Positions 41,191-56,100 of a stretch of DNA of 64,000 nt are shown in pieces. Below the pieces are notes generated by a model. It did not search any database. It saw nothing but the letters and a program-made list of their open reading frames with translations, and had not been told where the DNA came from. The DNA is from Bugula neritina. Taxonomy: Eukaryota; Animalia; Bryozoa. The DNA lies in contig OZ037768.1 in NCBI GenBank assembly GCA_964035545.1, forward strand, positions 13,711,675 to 13,775,674, in the 5' to 3' direction. A program made the position numbers and the translations under genes. Within the stretch, counting starts at the first letter, position 1; each line of letters begins with the position of its first letter.

Positions 41191-44100
41191 ATGAATAAAC
41201 CTCCTCGATTTGTGACAAAGCCAACCATCAAGCATGCGGCTGATAAACTCACTATTTCCTGTGAAGTGGAAGGGAAACCTACACCAAATCTGCAATGGTT
41301 TAAAGGAACAGAAGTGGTGAGTTAATAATTTGCTGTTGTTATGGCAGGATTGGAGTGATGCTACAATTGATGAGCTATATTTATGTTCTTACAGCTTGCA
41401 CAATATATTCTTGAGTGTTTCAATAACTAACACAAATATGAAAAACATCTATATTGAATAGCAAATACTGTAAAATTGTAATTAAAGTTTTAGCATTTCC
41501 ATGGGTTGTGTTCTAGTAATGCTAGATTCCGTCACTCGATATGCTTAAAAATATTATTTGATTAAAATTTCCACAGTAATTGATATATTCATATGGTGAC
41601 ATAGTCAAATAGTAGCATAGTCACACAGCTACAGAGTCACATAGTCATACAGTCATATTATAGTCATAGAGTCATAGAGTCACAGCCACAGAGTCACATA
41701 GTCATACAGTCATACAGTCATATAGTCATAGAGTCATACAGTCACAGAGTCATGTAGTCATAGAGTCGCGCAGTCACATAAGTCATACATGCTAATAAAT
41801 TACGCAGGTTAAAGAGAGTGAGAAGATACACATGTTCTCCACCCGCCGTGGTTTGATGACGGTAGTTGGACTGGAGATCCGGAATGTTACTCAAGCAGAC
41901 GGTGGAACTTACAGTGTCAAGGCTACCAATGTTATGGGGGAGGCAAATGCCAATATTAACCTCAACTTTTCTAGTGCGTATAAATCTTTATATTATGTAG
42001 GCTATACATATTATGTTATATGAGAGCCACAGGGTAAAACTCACTGTAGTTTGAGAGTTCCCTTGCACTTCAATTGAGTTCTTCAAGCAAGTCTGTATGG
42101 AACACAAGTCAAACATATACTTAACTTGCTGACTCAATTGAGTTCATAGTAAAATGTTGAACTTAGCAAAAACTTAGTTGTATAATAGTTGCCATTACCA
42201 TTAAGGGCAGACACTAAGATGTTTATTAGCTTCGGATTATAGCATGCATTATGTATTTCACAGACATGATTCAATACTGCATTTATTTGTTAGAACTAGT
42301 GCTGTAAAAAAACTATGAGCCTGCCTCTACTTTTACCATATATTATAGCTACTGAAATAGTTTTCAACGATAGAACAGTTGTACAAAGCAAACAAGTCTA
42401 CTAAACTTAACATTCATTCACAATGTCCTCCTACAACAGTGAGCTTAAGATTGCACGTTATTATTATGAACTAATAGCAACTCTTAGAACAAGGCTGACT
42501 AGAATAAGCTAATGAGATCAAGATTAATTGATGATTAGTTAGCTTCATTAGATGCTGGTAATATATGTGAACTATGAGCAGCTCTATCATCCTGGAGTAA
42601 GATGCCCGTGTAGGCTTATAATAGTTCACAGCTGACAAAATAGCACCTTCACTAGTACAGATGAGTGCAAATGACTTGCAGGTAACTGTCTTGGACACTA
42701 AATAGACTGAAAGATGCGAATGCAAGGATTTTAATTGCGCACATGAACTGCATCATTCACATGGCTTATGGAGTTATCACCCTTGTTTATGTTAATTTCT
42801 ACGTATATTTAAAAAGGTATATACATAAGTTTAGGAATCTTTGAATGTACTGGCTATGCAGTATAATGCTAGATTTCTAAGTACATGTTATGTGTTAATT
42901 ATATTAAATTTTCCTGAGACTAACTTCATTAGATTTGTTGACTATTCTGCACTGGCTGCAATGCTGTTTATTATTGTACTATTACTGTACATACTAACAT
43001 ACATTGACCTCTCTCCAGTAGTTCTATTTTAATTATGCTGACATACATACACATCTTTGCAGGAGTCTATGTTGTAAATATGCTTATATACAATGACTTC
43101 TCTGCAGTAGTTCTATTGTAGATATACTGACGTACAATGACTTCTCGCCAGTGTTTCTGTTGTAAATATATATTGTTACAGAATGACTTCTTTCCAGTAG
43201 CTCTATTGCAAATATACTGGCATACTTAATGACTTCTCTGCAGTAGAACTATATTGTAAATGTACTGACATACAATTTAGTTTTATCATCACATGAAATT
43301 ATAACAAGTTGTTAAAACAATTTTACCTAATTAGCCTATTTTTCAAACATTTCAGTAACCTGTCTATAAAATATAGGCAGACTACAGCTGAATACACAAC
43401 GGTTCTGCTAAACATAGACTTGTTCAACAAAAGGTTTTTATAAATGCATTGCATATGGGATTTACCATGCCGTTTGAGAATAGTCCAATACACATTTAAC
43501 TGTTTCTGGGGATGTTGCAGCAAATTTGAAGAGTTTTTACATGTTTAAAGGTTTGAGGGAAATATTAAAGCTTAGTTTTTAAGTTATAAAGAATTAATTA
43601 GCTGGGATTGAGTTATAGTCTTACATTACCTACTGGTTTTAGGTCTGAATCTGGAGGGTAAGTATAACATGCTAAATTGCTAAGTTTGGTGCACGTGCAC
43701 TCAGTGAAATAATGTGAAGCAGTTAGTGGTATTTGACATTAGCATAGATGCTCTATATCTATCTCATAAGGCACCCACTGCTATATAGTGAGGCTTATTT
43801 TACTGCATGTTATTACAAGATTGAACTCAAACAACGCAGTCTATTGCTTGTATTTATTGACATTTATTTCTCTTGTAGCTAAACAAGATCAGAACCAAAA
43901 GTAAGTTCTCATGCTGACAAAGTAATATATTCTAGATAAATACTTATGCTCTTTATTTTATTAGTTGTTCATATAGTCATGAATTTTTGTATATTTGTGG
44001 TAGAGTAATTATATTTTATATTGCACTAAAATAAACAGTGCTTTGTTTTATATTAAAATTGTAAGCGATCATTGCAAATTGCAAGTTTTAATTGTATAAA

Positions 44101-47100
44101 ATATCAAAGTCAATTTATACTATGGCCGTCAATTTAAAAAATTGTTAATGCAATTATAGTTTTTAAGAGTCAAGATTTACATGGACTCATTACTATATTG
44201 GAAAAAGTGTTAATTTTTGGAAGCAATTGAAAATAGATTCTACTGTCAGAAACTAGTATCTCGTGTATTATAAGAGATGAAATAAATTAAAAACTTGAAT
44301 AAAATATTGTGTTTTTTTACCAAAATGTATTTCCTTTCTTAAACAATAGTAACAGTAAGTCTGCATTCTGGTCACGTGTCTCAATTATTTATAAAGACCA
44401 GGAGTTGCCCCCACATTCACGAGTAAGCCAACCATAAAGCAGCAAGTGGGCAAGCTCTTGTTAGAATGTAACCTTTCTGCAGCCCCAGAACCTTCTATAA
44501 CATGGTTTAAGGATGATGCCAGACTGGTTGCATCAGGTAATCACATACCCTACTCATATCCTACACTGATTATATGAGCTATGTTTTGATAACTGGCTTA
44601 TAAGCAAACTTTTAATTTTATTCTAAAATTGTAGTCAAACTTAATCTTATTACTTGATAATAATAAAATCATCAATTATGTATTTATTTAGTTTTAATTC
44701 TTCAGCAATATTTTTGCAAAGTTATTGTTCTACAAATTGTTATCAAATTAATAGTTTTTGTACCAAAGTGCTTATCCTAATTTGCATACTCTTGATGATA
44801 CGATAGTTCTAAAATCAGATTGATACTTAAAACAGCTTGTTCAGTTGTTGTATGTTTCAATTCATCACACTTATAACCCAATAAATGGATGTTAGTACTC
44901 TAAATCACTGTACTGTAGAATATATAACACTATTTTATGAGTTGGGATGGGCAGCATATTAAAACACATAAAATGGGGAATGAAATTCCAATAGTTTTAT
45001 CATTACTGCACAATAGTAATAAAAATAATAACCACAATAATGACCATTAACAATTGTGTTATTAGTTACAGTTTTTATAAGTTACCTGTAGGCGTTTCAC
45101 CATGACCGAATTGTAGGTACTTAAAAAATGAAATCAATATCCCAAATTACAATATCATAATAGATACATTGTAGCGTTATTATTTAAGTTAGTAGATCTA
45201 AATTTTAAGTTTTATTTCATGAATAATAACTAAGAGTATGTTAATTTGTAGTCAATTAAAAGATGCATTTTAATCAATTTTCTTTCCTTTTATTTTTTTT
45301 ACAGAGAATTCTATCAATGAAATTTGAATCATTCACACTCCATACAATTCCATTATGAGTTCAATTCATAGTTTTATTAAAGTTACAAAGATTCTACCTT
45401 TATAAACTGTATTAACGTTAATTCTTATAAAGTAATTCAAAATAACAAAGTATCATTTAGGTTTTATGAGACTGAATAGTTTATTTATTTTAATAGTAGT
45501 AAAATGTAAGTCATGTTTAATTGTTTTGTGAAAATTGTATTTGTTATTAAACAACGGGTACTAAGAGCACAGCATTGTGAAATACTTTTATTGTAAATAA
45601 AACTATGAAAGGCGTAATTTATAATTTTTTACAATAAGAGTGTATGATAGTATTTGAGTGAGCTAGATTAGAACAAACTTTTTATTAATTTAAAAAACTT
45701 TGTTGTCAGTGAAACTTCTTATAATTTTATTTATTAACTGCTGACTTGTTCTAGCACATCTAAACTGAAGACCTGTTCAACATGACCTTATTTTGGTGAT
45801 AGTTTTAATGTTATACAATTAGTTGAGTTAGTGTTTCATTTTAAGACTATATTTATAGTTTAATAATAAAAAGCTGTAAAACTTTGCATCTGCTACACAC
45901 TGTGTAGTTATTAGAGTGGGCGCTACACACTTCAGAGGTTAGCTGGTGCTCTATGACAAGTAGCTATATATAACCAACTGTATAACATTTGAGTCTGATT
46001 GCTAGCAACATTCTTGTAAACAACACAAGAAAATACAACGCTTATTGGTAGAGTCATTGATGTCAATAAAATTATTTAGGAAGTTGTTTTTCTAATAAAC
46101 AGCAATCTGTTAGCAGACGTGGAATGGTTTGCTAATGCCATTATGTTCTGGTAACCTCTCTTATAATTATTGTTAATCACCACCCACTAAAGTTACTGAA
46201 CTCTAAATGAGCCATAAGCTACCTTACACTGTTTTATGTTTATTTCAGATCGGTTCAATGTAATCATGAGCCAGACTGGGAGTAATACCTACTACTTAGC
46301 CTTAGAGATCTCAAATGTCGGTGCTGCCGATCAGGCAGTATATAAAGTTAATGCCCGCAACTCATTCGGAGAAAGTAATGCTTCCATCAAACTGAACTTT
46401 GCTCCAGGTAAAGCTGATCATTTGTATCTATTGCTATATGTCATAACTTTGTACCTTCTCTATTATTCAGTAACTTTTTCTTCAATTGTAACAACTTTTT
46501 GAGATGAATCATATGCCAGGGACTGAGGCTAATGATATACCATAGCTCTATTTTCAGACACGAAAGAAATCCAGATACAATTAGATGAAAATGAACATGC
46601 AGTGTTGAGCAGTAGTATAATTACACTTCCTGCAGTGAGAAACATCAATCTAACATAAAGTGTACATCCATGATGTATCTCATAGCACTGCATTTGCAAG
46701 TTCAAATTTCTTTATTTAATAAAATATTGTGATATTTTAAACCAAACTTGTTGTTTGTCTCTAATTCAAGTCAATCCATTCTTTCAACAACTCCCTGTAG
46801 TTGATCTCATAAATCTTCCACTTGTTCTCCATGTATTACATTGTCTCAAATCATATTATATGGTACTATTATGATATATTATATTGTATTGTGTTTTATT
46901 GCATTATATTGCATTGTACTATTCTATATTGTATTATGTTTATATTGGTTATGTGCTTGTGTAAAGGTAATGATTACTGCAAGTCCCAAGGTTTAAATGT
47001 TGAACTTTACTAATAGCTGCACTAATTGTATATAAAAGACAACTTTTTTTCTTAGAGCAACCTGATTAATGCAAATTGACTATATCAATACTAAATTTAT

Positions 47101-50100
47101 AAGTCAAGATTTACAGCTTTCTATGGAATTATTTTATACATTTCTCAAGGTAGCATATTATCAAAAACTTTACAATACCAGATAACACTGTTTCTTTCAC
47201 AGTTGTCTAGTCTTTGAAATAGTTATAAATAATATAATTTGTTGTAAAATAATAACACTAAATCTTTTTCTCATTGAAATCTTAGAGTTATAATTTTATA
47301 ATTAAATATAAGTTTTTGATTGATTAAACAAATATAATATTTTAATTGTAGCTGCTAAAAATTAGTGAACGTATTATATTAATATACAATATAACCAAAT
47401 TGTAGAACTGCAATGATATCCACAAACTAATGATGTTAAAAAGCTTGTATGTTAGTTAGGAGTTTTACTATAATTAGTTAACAAAATAAATTTTACAGGA
47501 ATTAGTTATAAAACTCATGCCTATTGCTTTTTTGGTTACAATACTAATACTAGCTGTTACCAGCTATGCCATTTACTCAAAGTTTGAGAAATCTGGTATT
47601 AACAACTCATTTTTATCTAAAGTTGGTATCCATGAATATTGTAGGTAGTAGTGACCAAAGAAATGGTAAAGCACCAACATTTACCTCAAAGCCTTCTATT
47701 GTACAGGGAGACAACTCTCTAAAACTACTTTGTCAGGTAGAATGTCTGCCGGAACCACAAGTGAGTATTGTTAGAAATTATCTTCTTTGTCTAATAATTT
47801 GTATACCCTAATTACATTATAGCCTATTTGTATAGTATGATATTTTATACTGCAGCTGCTGTAGACACTAATTTTGAGTTGTCTTACCCTGTAATGAATC
47901 TTATAAATTGGCATGGCATAAAGGCCTAGATTTAACCAACATGGCTATATATTATTTTAATATGTCCAAAAACTAACATTGAGATTTATTTTTGTATTCA
48001 GTAATGGCTATGATATGTAAATTATGCACTATATGTTATTTTATTGTGTTTTACATTACTCCATTTGCTTTACAAAGTTTTTGTGATTGTAGACTCAGTG
48101 GTACTTTGGATCTGCACTGTGTCACCCATCCAACAGAATTCTCATCAATAGTGAACGACAAGGCAACTCGGATGTTTACAACTTGTCTCTAATTATACAG
48201 GTGTGTTCACCCCTTATCCCTTCATGCTTGTAATCTCACCTAATTATGTATAGGATTCATTGGGAGCATTTTGAGAGTATAGTATTATGTGATCTGTACA
48301 TATTTTACTTTTATAATTTCTGTTAAATAATGTGTGCAAAGATGCAGTTTTTCTCATTAATTTACCAATCTTTTCAATGCTGATGCATATGCATATGAGA
48401 GTTGTTTCCCCTTAGACTTTGCGTGGTTTAAGAACTTCTTATTGGCTCAGCAATGCATTGGGCATTTATAATGACATGGTGTTCTTTTAATTTATTATAA
48501 CTTTTATGTTACTTTATGGCACGCCTTTACTACCTGATAAAAAGTGTTGCAGTTACTTAATTCCAGGCGAGCCATTTCATTTAATTTCTTAAGTTGCGTT
48601 TATACCTTTACCCTCTTCCAAAATTCAGGTTAACACACATTTACGAGACTCCATTATTGCATTAGACATGCTGTTCCTTCTAGGTTGATAGGTAATACAG
48701 TAAATTATATGATCTATAACTACTTGTCTTTATCATAATGACCCAGATAAATTATCCGTAGCTGCATAGTATCAAGGTGCTCAAGTTTTAGAATGGAGAC
48801 TCTAAACTATATATTTTGTACGATTAGGAGGGCTCAAACAATAATTTTAATTTCTAATAAAATTATAGGTTTTTTGAAAATTTGGAATGATCTTAACATC
48901 GTTAAATGGTAATTGTAAAAAATTAAAAATTGTGCTCATTTCTTTTGTTGTATAATCAAGAAGATATATTTTTGTAGTGAAAAGCTAACATTGTTGAGTA
49001 TTTATCAACTCACTGGTCATGTTAATTTTCTCTTTAGGGCCCGCAAGCTTCTGATGGGGGCACATATCGATGCAACGCCAAGAATGAGTTTGGAGAGAGC
49101 AATGCAAACATTGCTCTCAATCTCCAAGGTAAAATATACAAAGTATAAATAATATGCCCCACATATTTCATTTACTCCATGAAAGGTTCACATTCTTATA
49201 TATTTGACCCTTAAAAATTAACTACTTACTGCCTAGTTTGAAAATTTATTTTGACTAATTAGTTTATTCACTGTACAATATGCAGCATGTTTGTGAAGCA
49301 ATTTGTGACCATGTTACTTTGAACCGATGTCATCAGCAGTTATTTCATCCTCAGCAGATTGGATATTCTAATTTTAAGTCTTAAAAGTAGTCACAGAACA
49401 AACATCAACTTTTTATAACCTCAAATTCTTAAACCAATCTTAGACTTTCTAGACTCTTGAAATTGCTTTACTTTCAACCAGTAGGGGAGTTTATTGTAGT
49501 CTCAACATGTTTGCATTTAGCTCCTTCTTGCTTCCAGAATTCTTTATTTAACACTAATTGGTATATATATAATAACAGCAGTGTGAGAAATGCCGTAATC
49601 TCAGTTTACTCATCCATTTAGTCTTCTAAGGAACAATAACACAGCACAACTCACTGCAATAATTAAATTATCAAGGCCTAGTATAAAGAAGTTTCATATA
49701 AATCATTTACACCTCAAGTCTTTAAGCCTTTAATATTTTTCTAGCATTTGATAATAATATTTGAAGTTAATTTCTGTTTACCTGTTTAAAATACACAAAA
49801 GAAAGTGTGAAATTAATAAGCAAGTTATACAGATATAACTTGCTTATTGATATTATTAGGCCTAATAATATTTTCATGGGTTTGTAATGATGCAATTGTT
49901 GTAATAGGTCTAATATGCGCATAGAGTTTATGCAAGATGCCTGGAAGGATTGCTATTACTGCAGTAACTAAAAATGTGCAGTTAGTTCACACTGAAGGCT
50001 AGAGCTCCTACTTTTGTTTTCAAAAGGAATGTGTGTAATTGAACACTATTCCCAGCCTTGAGGCCGTTTAAGTTATAAGATGCGCCTGAATTGCCTACTT

Positions 50101-53100
50101 GCTTTTCTACATATATTATGAAATTTATGATGCGCTTTGCTGTTTAAACTGAACTTTACTTGTGTAATATAATCAATATATACCATGCCTTAGTAGTTGT
50201 TTAAAAGAGCATCATGGAGTCATTAGAGAACTGGTAAACATACGAGAAACTGACAGTAGTTATTAATGGTGAGGGCTGAGGGTAGCCTGGATTGCAGCAG
50301 CCATAATTTTTTATGACCAGCCTTCTGCTGTTGAGTTTTATTTCTGCCTATTAGAGGCGGTGAACTAAAAAGGCAGATCGAGCAACAGTCAGTTTACATG
50401 CTGTCACAGTGATGAGTAGTTGTGGGATAAATAGTCATAGTTCTTAACATGTCTCAAGGATTCAGGGGGGCATCTGCTTTTGGTGTCACACTTAAATCTA
50501 GAAAATCTGCACCTAAACAAGTAAATAAGGAGAGCACTTTTACTAGAAATACTGCATCCTCTGAATTCACAGATAAGACAGAAGTAACAAATTTTTCTGC
50601 AACGCAAACATTGAAACCATTATCTAAATTGGAACCAGGTAGGGTGTCTCATGAAAGCAACCAACTGCAAAGATCGTTAGTTTGTTCTTATGCTTTAGAA
50701 TGTTTTCTGTTTTATAATTTTAAATTTGTTGTATATATTTAAAATTGCTATACTATAAATAAGAGGTACATATTATGAATATAGATTAAGAAACTTTAGT
50801 TGGGAAAACTTCGCTGAGTTTCCTAATAAATACTTAAGTTATTTTTACAGCTTTTTAAAATTTTATTTTTAAATTTCAGCAAGAAAAAACCAAGGTAGTT
50901 TTAATATTGATATTTGTACAATCCTATCCTTTATCTAACATTGGAGCATGATAATAAGTTTTTGAGCTTCTCAATTTTACATCAGAGCATGTGAATTTAT
51001 TCTGTTGGACTAAATCTTTGCCATCTTTTCAAAACCTTTCCCCCTCCAGCTTGATATTTTATAGAAACCAGTTTATAATTTTTGGAAACTCTCAAAAGCT
51101 GAGTAACAAATGGAGAACCTACAACCAAACAACATGACCTCTAGTGGTTGCAGTATAAACACTTTATCAGTATAGAAATTTTACAGAAATACCGATTCTG
51201 CAATACAAACCATACTGTATATTTTAGCAGCCTGCATAACTTATTAAGGTGCAATTTTCTTGCTTTTTCATCCAATATTGCAAAAAGCTATAATCTCTAC
51301 GACCTTTTTTGCTCAAGTTTTTTTAATTTCAGGTTGTCAAGATACAAGTAAGGTTGAGGTAGGTGCAGTAATGGAGAAATTGAGAAAAGCCTGTGTTCTA
51401 GATCAGAGATGTATCATAAGAAGTTATGTTCTTGTGAGAATTTCAATCCCAGCCCCAAACCAAAATTTGATAAAAAGTTAAAAAACTTAGGCTATCTTAA
51501 TTTCTCTACTACTGCTCCTAAACGCATCAGTTATTAAATAGGCAACTAAAATCCAATAATACAGCTCTTGTCACCAAATATCCAATTCTAAACATACAAT
51601 TGAATTTTTTATTAGCTGTAATAAAAACCACCTGTATTTTCATTATTTTTCCAGGCCTCAAAGGCGGTGGAGGTCCTACATTTCTCCAAAAACCTTCTGT
51701 AATTCAAAGAGATGGAAATGTTATCATTGAAGTTATTTGTCAAGCTTCTAATAAGCTTCAACTTGATTGGTTTAAAGGAGACTCTGTAATCAAATCAGAT
51801 CAAAAGTACCAAATCAAAACTGTGGTGACTGGTGACAAGTACACAGTTACTTTAACCATCTTGGTAAGTCTGAGTGGTCTATGCATAGGTTATACATCCT
51901 TTGTCACATCAATTAGAGCCTTTCTCATGCTGATAAGCAACAGACTTTTGGTCAAATGTGGCATCAATAAATGTTAAAATAATAAACTCATCAAACTTGA
52001 ATTCACTGTAAAAAATTGGTAGCTTTTACAAAAAATATGAGTCACCCTGCAAACATAAGTTTGCGGTTATGAAGCGGTTATATTATACAAAGTTAAAATA
52101 ACATGTTTATATTAATTAGTTGTAACCAATGAATATGATGTGATTATAAAAATCTTCTTTTATTCAGAACTTCAGGAAAGGAGATGAGGGCATCTACAAA
52201 GTCCGTGCAAAAAACGAGCATGGCGAGGGTAACGCCACTATTGGCATTACTCTCAATGAGATGATACAGTGAGTAGCTGCATTTTCATGAATATTTGCAC
52301 AAACTAAAACCTTTCATTTTAGTCATTGAAATATATTGTGAATAAAACCACCTCTAGCAACATAGCCGGTAAAAGTCATATGACGCTACAGATTGTTTCA
52401 TGTTATGACGTCATGCTTGTTAAACTTGACATGCATGAAAGCTGCTCAGTACTACAGGCTAGAATTGCTTTACATTCAACTAGCTACTGGCAAATATGAC
52501 TGCTGAATAGTAGAACAGCTCTACCCAGCTTTAGGAATGCTGGTTTGTGAAACACTAGAATATGTATAACAAAGTAAATGCAGATTTACAGACAGCTATA
52601 TGTCTTAAACTGCAGCTAATTGCATGTGTTATTATATCTCAATTAGTTTCATAATAAGTAATTTTATTAGCCTAGCGTTATGGTGTATATAGTGTATGCC
52701 ATTATCTAGCTGACTGAAAAATATCAATGACTAGCTGAACTTTTCATCTAATTGAGCTTCATACAACAGGTATAAGTAAAGTTAAGTGCACCTAATAATG
52801 GTTTATTGATAAACCTAATCACCTTTTCACTATCAGTAAGACTTTTATTACACTGAGCTATTAAGCAATGGTGTTGTAAGAACAGATAGCATGACTTCTT
52901 TACAAAACATTTTTTTTAAAAATTGGAACAGCTATTTAAAGCAAATACTGTTGGCTTCTTTTAAAAAGACACGATATTATCATTATTAAGCATTATAGCA
53001 AATTTGTAGTACAGCTTTAGTATAAAATTTGTTTATGTATCATGAAGCTAGTAAATAATAATAAATAATTCATACAAATTAGTATATCTATAAATATGAT

Positions 53101-56100
53101 CAACTTAAATAATTGCAAAGAATGCTTGATTTCTCATCATTAGTATTTGTGAAAATAGCTAGCTATATATGTAAACCCTGTATCACATGTTTTAACTTTA
53201 TAGTTTGGTTATGGGGGATGGTTTGAAATATTGCTTACAATTTATAACAATTGTATTTGATGGTTTTCAGTACACTTCACCGTTTGAATACTTTATGTTA
53301 TATAGACTAGCGAAAACGTACAAACCGGCAGTGACCTCATCACCCCAGATAAACTTTCAGAATGGTTTCATTGTGATCAGACAGTACGTAGTAAGTGGGG
53401 AAAAACCAACAGTAAACATCTTTTTCAACAACAAGCCACTGCCCAGAACTCCGAAATTCTCCACTGAAGTTGCTCAAGAAGATCTAGCTCATCTTATTAC
53501 CTTCAAAATCAAAGAGGTACAGATATATTTTATGTTATTGATTTGAATAAAAAACAGAATCACTATAAAACTCTGTTTATGGCTGATATTTTAATGTCAT
53601 TTGTTAAAGAAATATCACTACATTAGCATTTATTTTGAAAAAAGTTGTTCCAACTATTATTAATAATATTTTGAAGATGCCCTATGCAGTGCCAGCCTAT
53701 AAAACACCAATTTACTTCTTTCAGTTTCAATTGTCTCTGCGACATGCAAGAAGTAGATGTTTGTAAATGTTTTAATGCAAAATACTTTCCACATATTTGC
53801 AGCCCTCACCAGTGGCTGACAGTGGGCCCTACAGAATGGTCATAAAGTCTAGCAAAGGGGAAGCCACTCAGACTATACCAGTCAATGTTAATGGTTCGTT
53901 AGCCTACTGTCTCTTTAGCATAATATTAAACTTTGTGTATTACAAGTTTTTTTTATGAAGCTCCAAACTTCTGTTTTTAATTACTAATTATTTCAAAATC
54001 AATGCTTGAAACATCATTTTAAAAAAATGTCTCTACAAAGCTCAAGTAATGATGAAGTATATACTTTTAGTGCATGATATGTCATAATTAATGGTGCGGA
54101 ATAAAATTAATAATTTCTATAGTAATTATTGAGTAAAGGCTTTTATTTTTGCAAAAATGTGACATAACATTAGGAAATTTGTGGTTTTTGAAAATATTAT
54201 ATATAATTATGCCCACTAATAAGTAATATCTCAAATTGTAATAATTAGCATTAATAGAGTGGGTGTTTGATTCCATAGCCTGGTGAATGCACTGAGAATG
54301 AGAGCAAGTAGGTTTATGTATTTGTTAATTAAGTAATAATTATTTCTTATCAAATGTACAACTTCATAAACAGTTCTAGCTGCTACATGCACCAACTAGT
54401 TATAGTGAAGCAGGAATTAAATAAAGATATCGTGTTATTTCCCTATATTACGAATACTTTATGTACTTTTGCATCAATGTTCAAACTTTAGAGTTTTATT
54501 CTCGCCAGACATGTTGAACTAGCAAATCATGCTAAAAGCAGTTTGCCTTACTCAACACATTTAGCAGCTGAAGAATGTGTTTTATTCATACACATTTGTA
54601 GATCACGCATACCCATAAGAGTTTAAGAACTTTTTCTTTTTTTAGAAAACCTAGCAGCATTAAAGTTAAATAAGGTAGTGATAAATTTAGAATAATAAAC
54701 AATTAACATTCATTACAAGGCTCATAATGGTACACTGTTACCTCATCTTCCGTTCCACTTATTTGGGCAATGCATATTATACATAGATGAAAAAATTGAA
54801 ATAGTGCTATAAATAATTATTGTTGCCAAATTTATTTCTATCTATGTTGAAGGAATGCTTAGCATCTTACATGTAGATAGCCTTTTCCGCAACAAACATT
54901 TTTGCCAACTTATGTTTCACCAACATAATTACTCATATTTATAAATGAAACAAACTTTGCCTTACTTATTTTAGCTGCTAAATGAAACAGCTGCAACTGA
55001 TGCATGGTAATTATTGCATCAGGGCCCTTGCTAATTTTCAACAGTAATATAGTTAGTTACACACATAGCTATCTCTCTCTCTACTCGAGGTTGTAGCAGT
55101 AGAGTGATGTTGTAACGCAAGTAGTGCAGTTGGTAGGAAGGTTTATGCATTGAAGCAATTCACACCCAGCCTAGTCTTGGATAATGCATTACACATATCA
55201 ATGCTAGCCTATTCACACTCACAATGAATCGAAGTAAAGTTAACTCTCACTTTGCAGAGTTGCTAAAAAAAGCTGGCGCTAAAGAAAAAACTGGTGTTCC
55301 TCCAAAAAAAGGTGATGCACCTGCTTTCATACAGACTTTAACTAATGTGGTAAGTTCTCTATTTGCACCTCTATCAATTATTTTGAAATTATTCACTACT
55401 TAATTGCTACAGCAATGTTATTAGTTTATTTTGTGTGTTATACTTGAGTGTCTTTCAAAGACTAACTGATAACTGCTTCTTCAGTCAAAAAGTTACTCGT
55501 TGTTATTAATGAGTGACGATTTGAATTTGTAGCACGATAAACTGCTTGTTTCACTTGTCTAAAGTATTCAATTTATCGAATTTTAATTAAATTATATATC
55601 TTTCCAAGTGATAATATTATTAGTTTCACTAAGTATTAAAAAGTTGATGTATTAATTACACTCCCATAAAAAACGAGGTGCTTCAGTACAATTTTTTAAA
55701 TCAAAAACTGTAAAGTGAAGTTCAACATTGGATTTTCCAGTATTATAACCATTAAAAAAGCTTTATGTAAATATACTTTTTAGGGTAAGATTGCAAATTT
55801 TTAAAACTTGGATTGCTACTACTTTGTAGTACTTTTGTTATATGAAATATGCAAAACTATAATAAACCATGGTAAACAGAAAGGTATGATGATAATAGTA
55901 ATAGTGTGCGTGCGTGTGTGTTTTTTTAGACTATAGATGATGGCTCCACTGCTACACTTCAAGCTAAGCTAAAAGGCACACCACCTTTAACATGTAAATG
56001 GTTTAAGCAAGACATGGAAATAAAAGGAGATAACAAAAATATATTCACTACTTTTAAGAATAACCTGGCTACGTAAGTGCAAGCAATTAAAATGCCATCT

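Noticed and set aside
43005-43275. CRISPR-like array
   Set aside because: Contiguous diverged minisatellite units without unique spacers, in a eukaryotic intron, with no cas genes. The same applies to 61712-61876.
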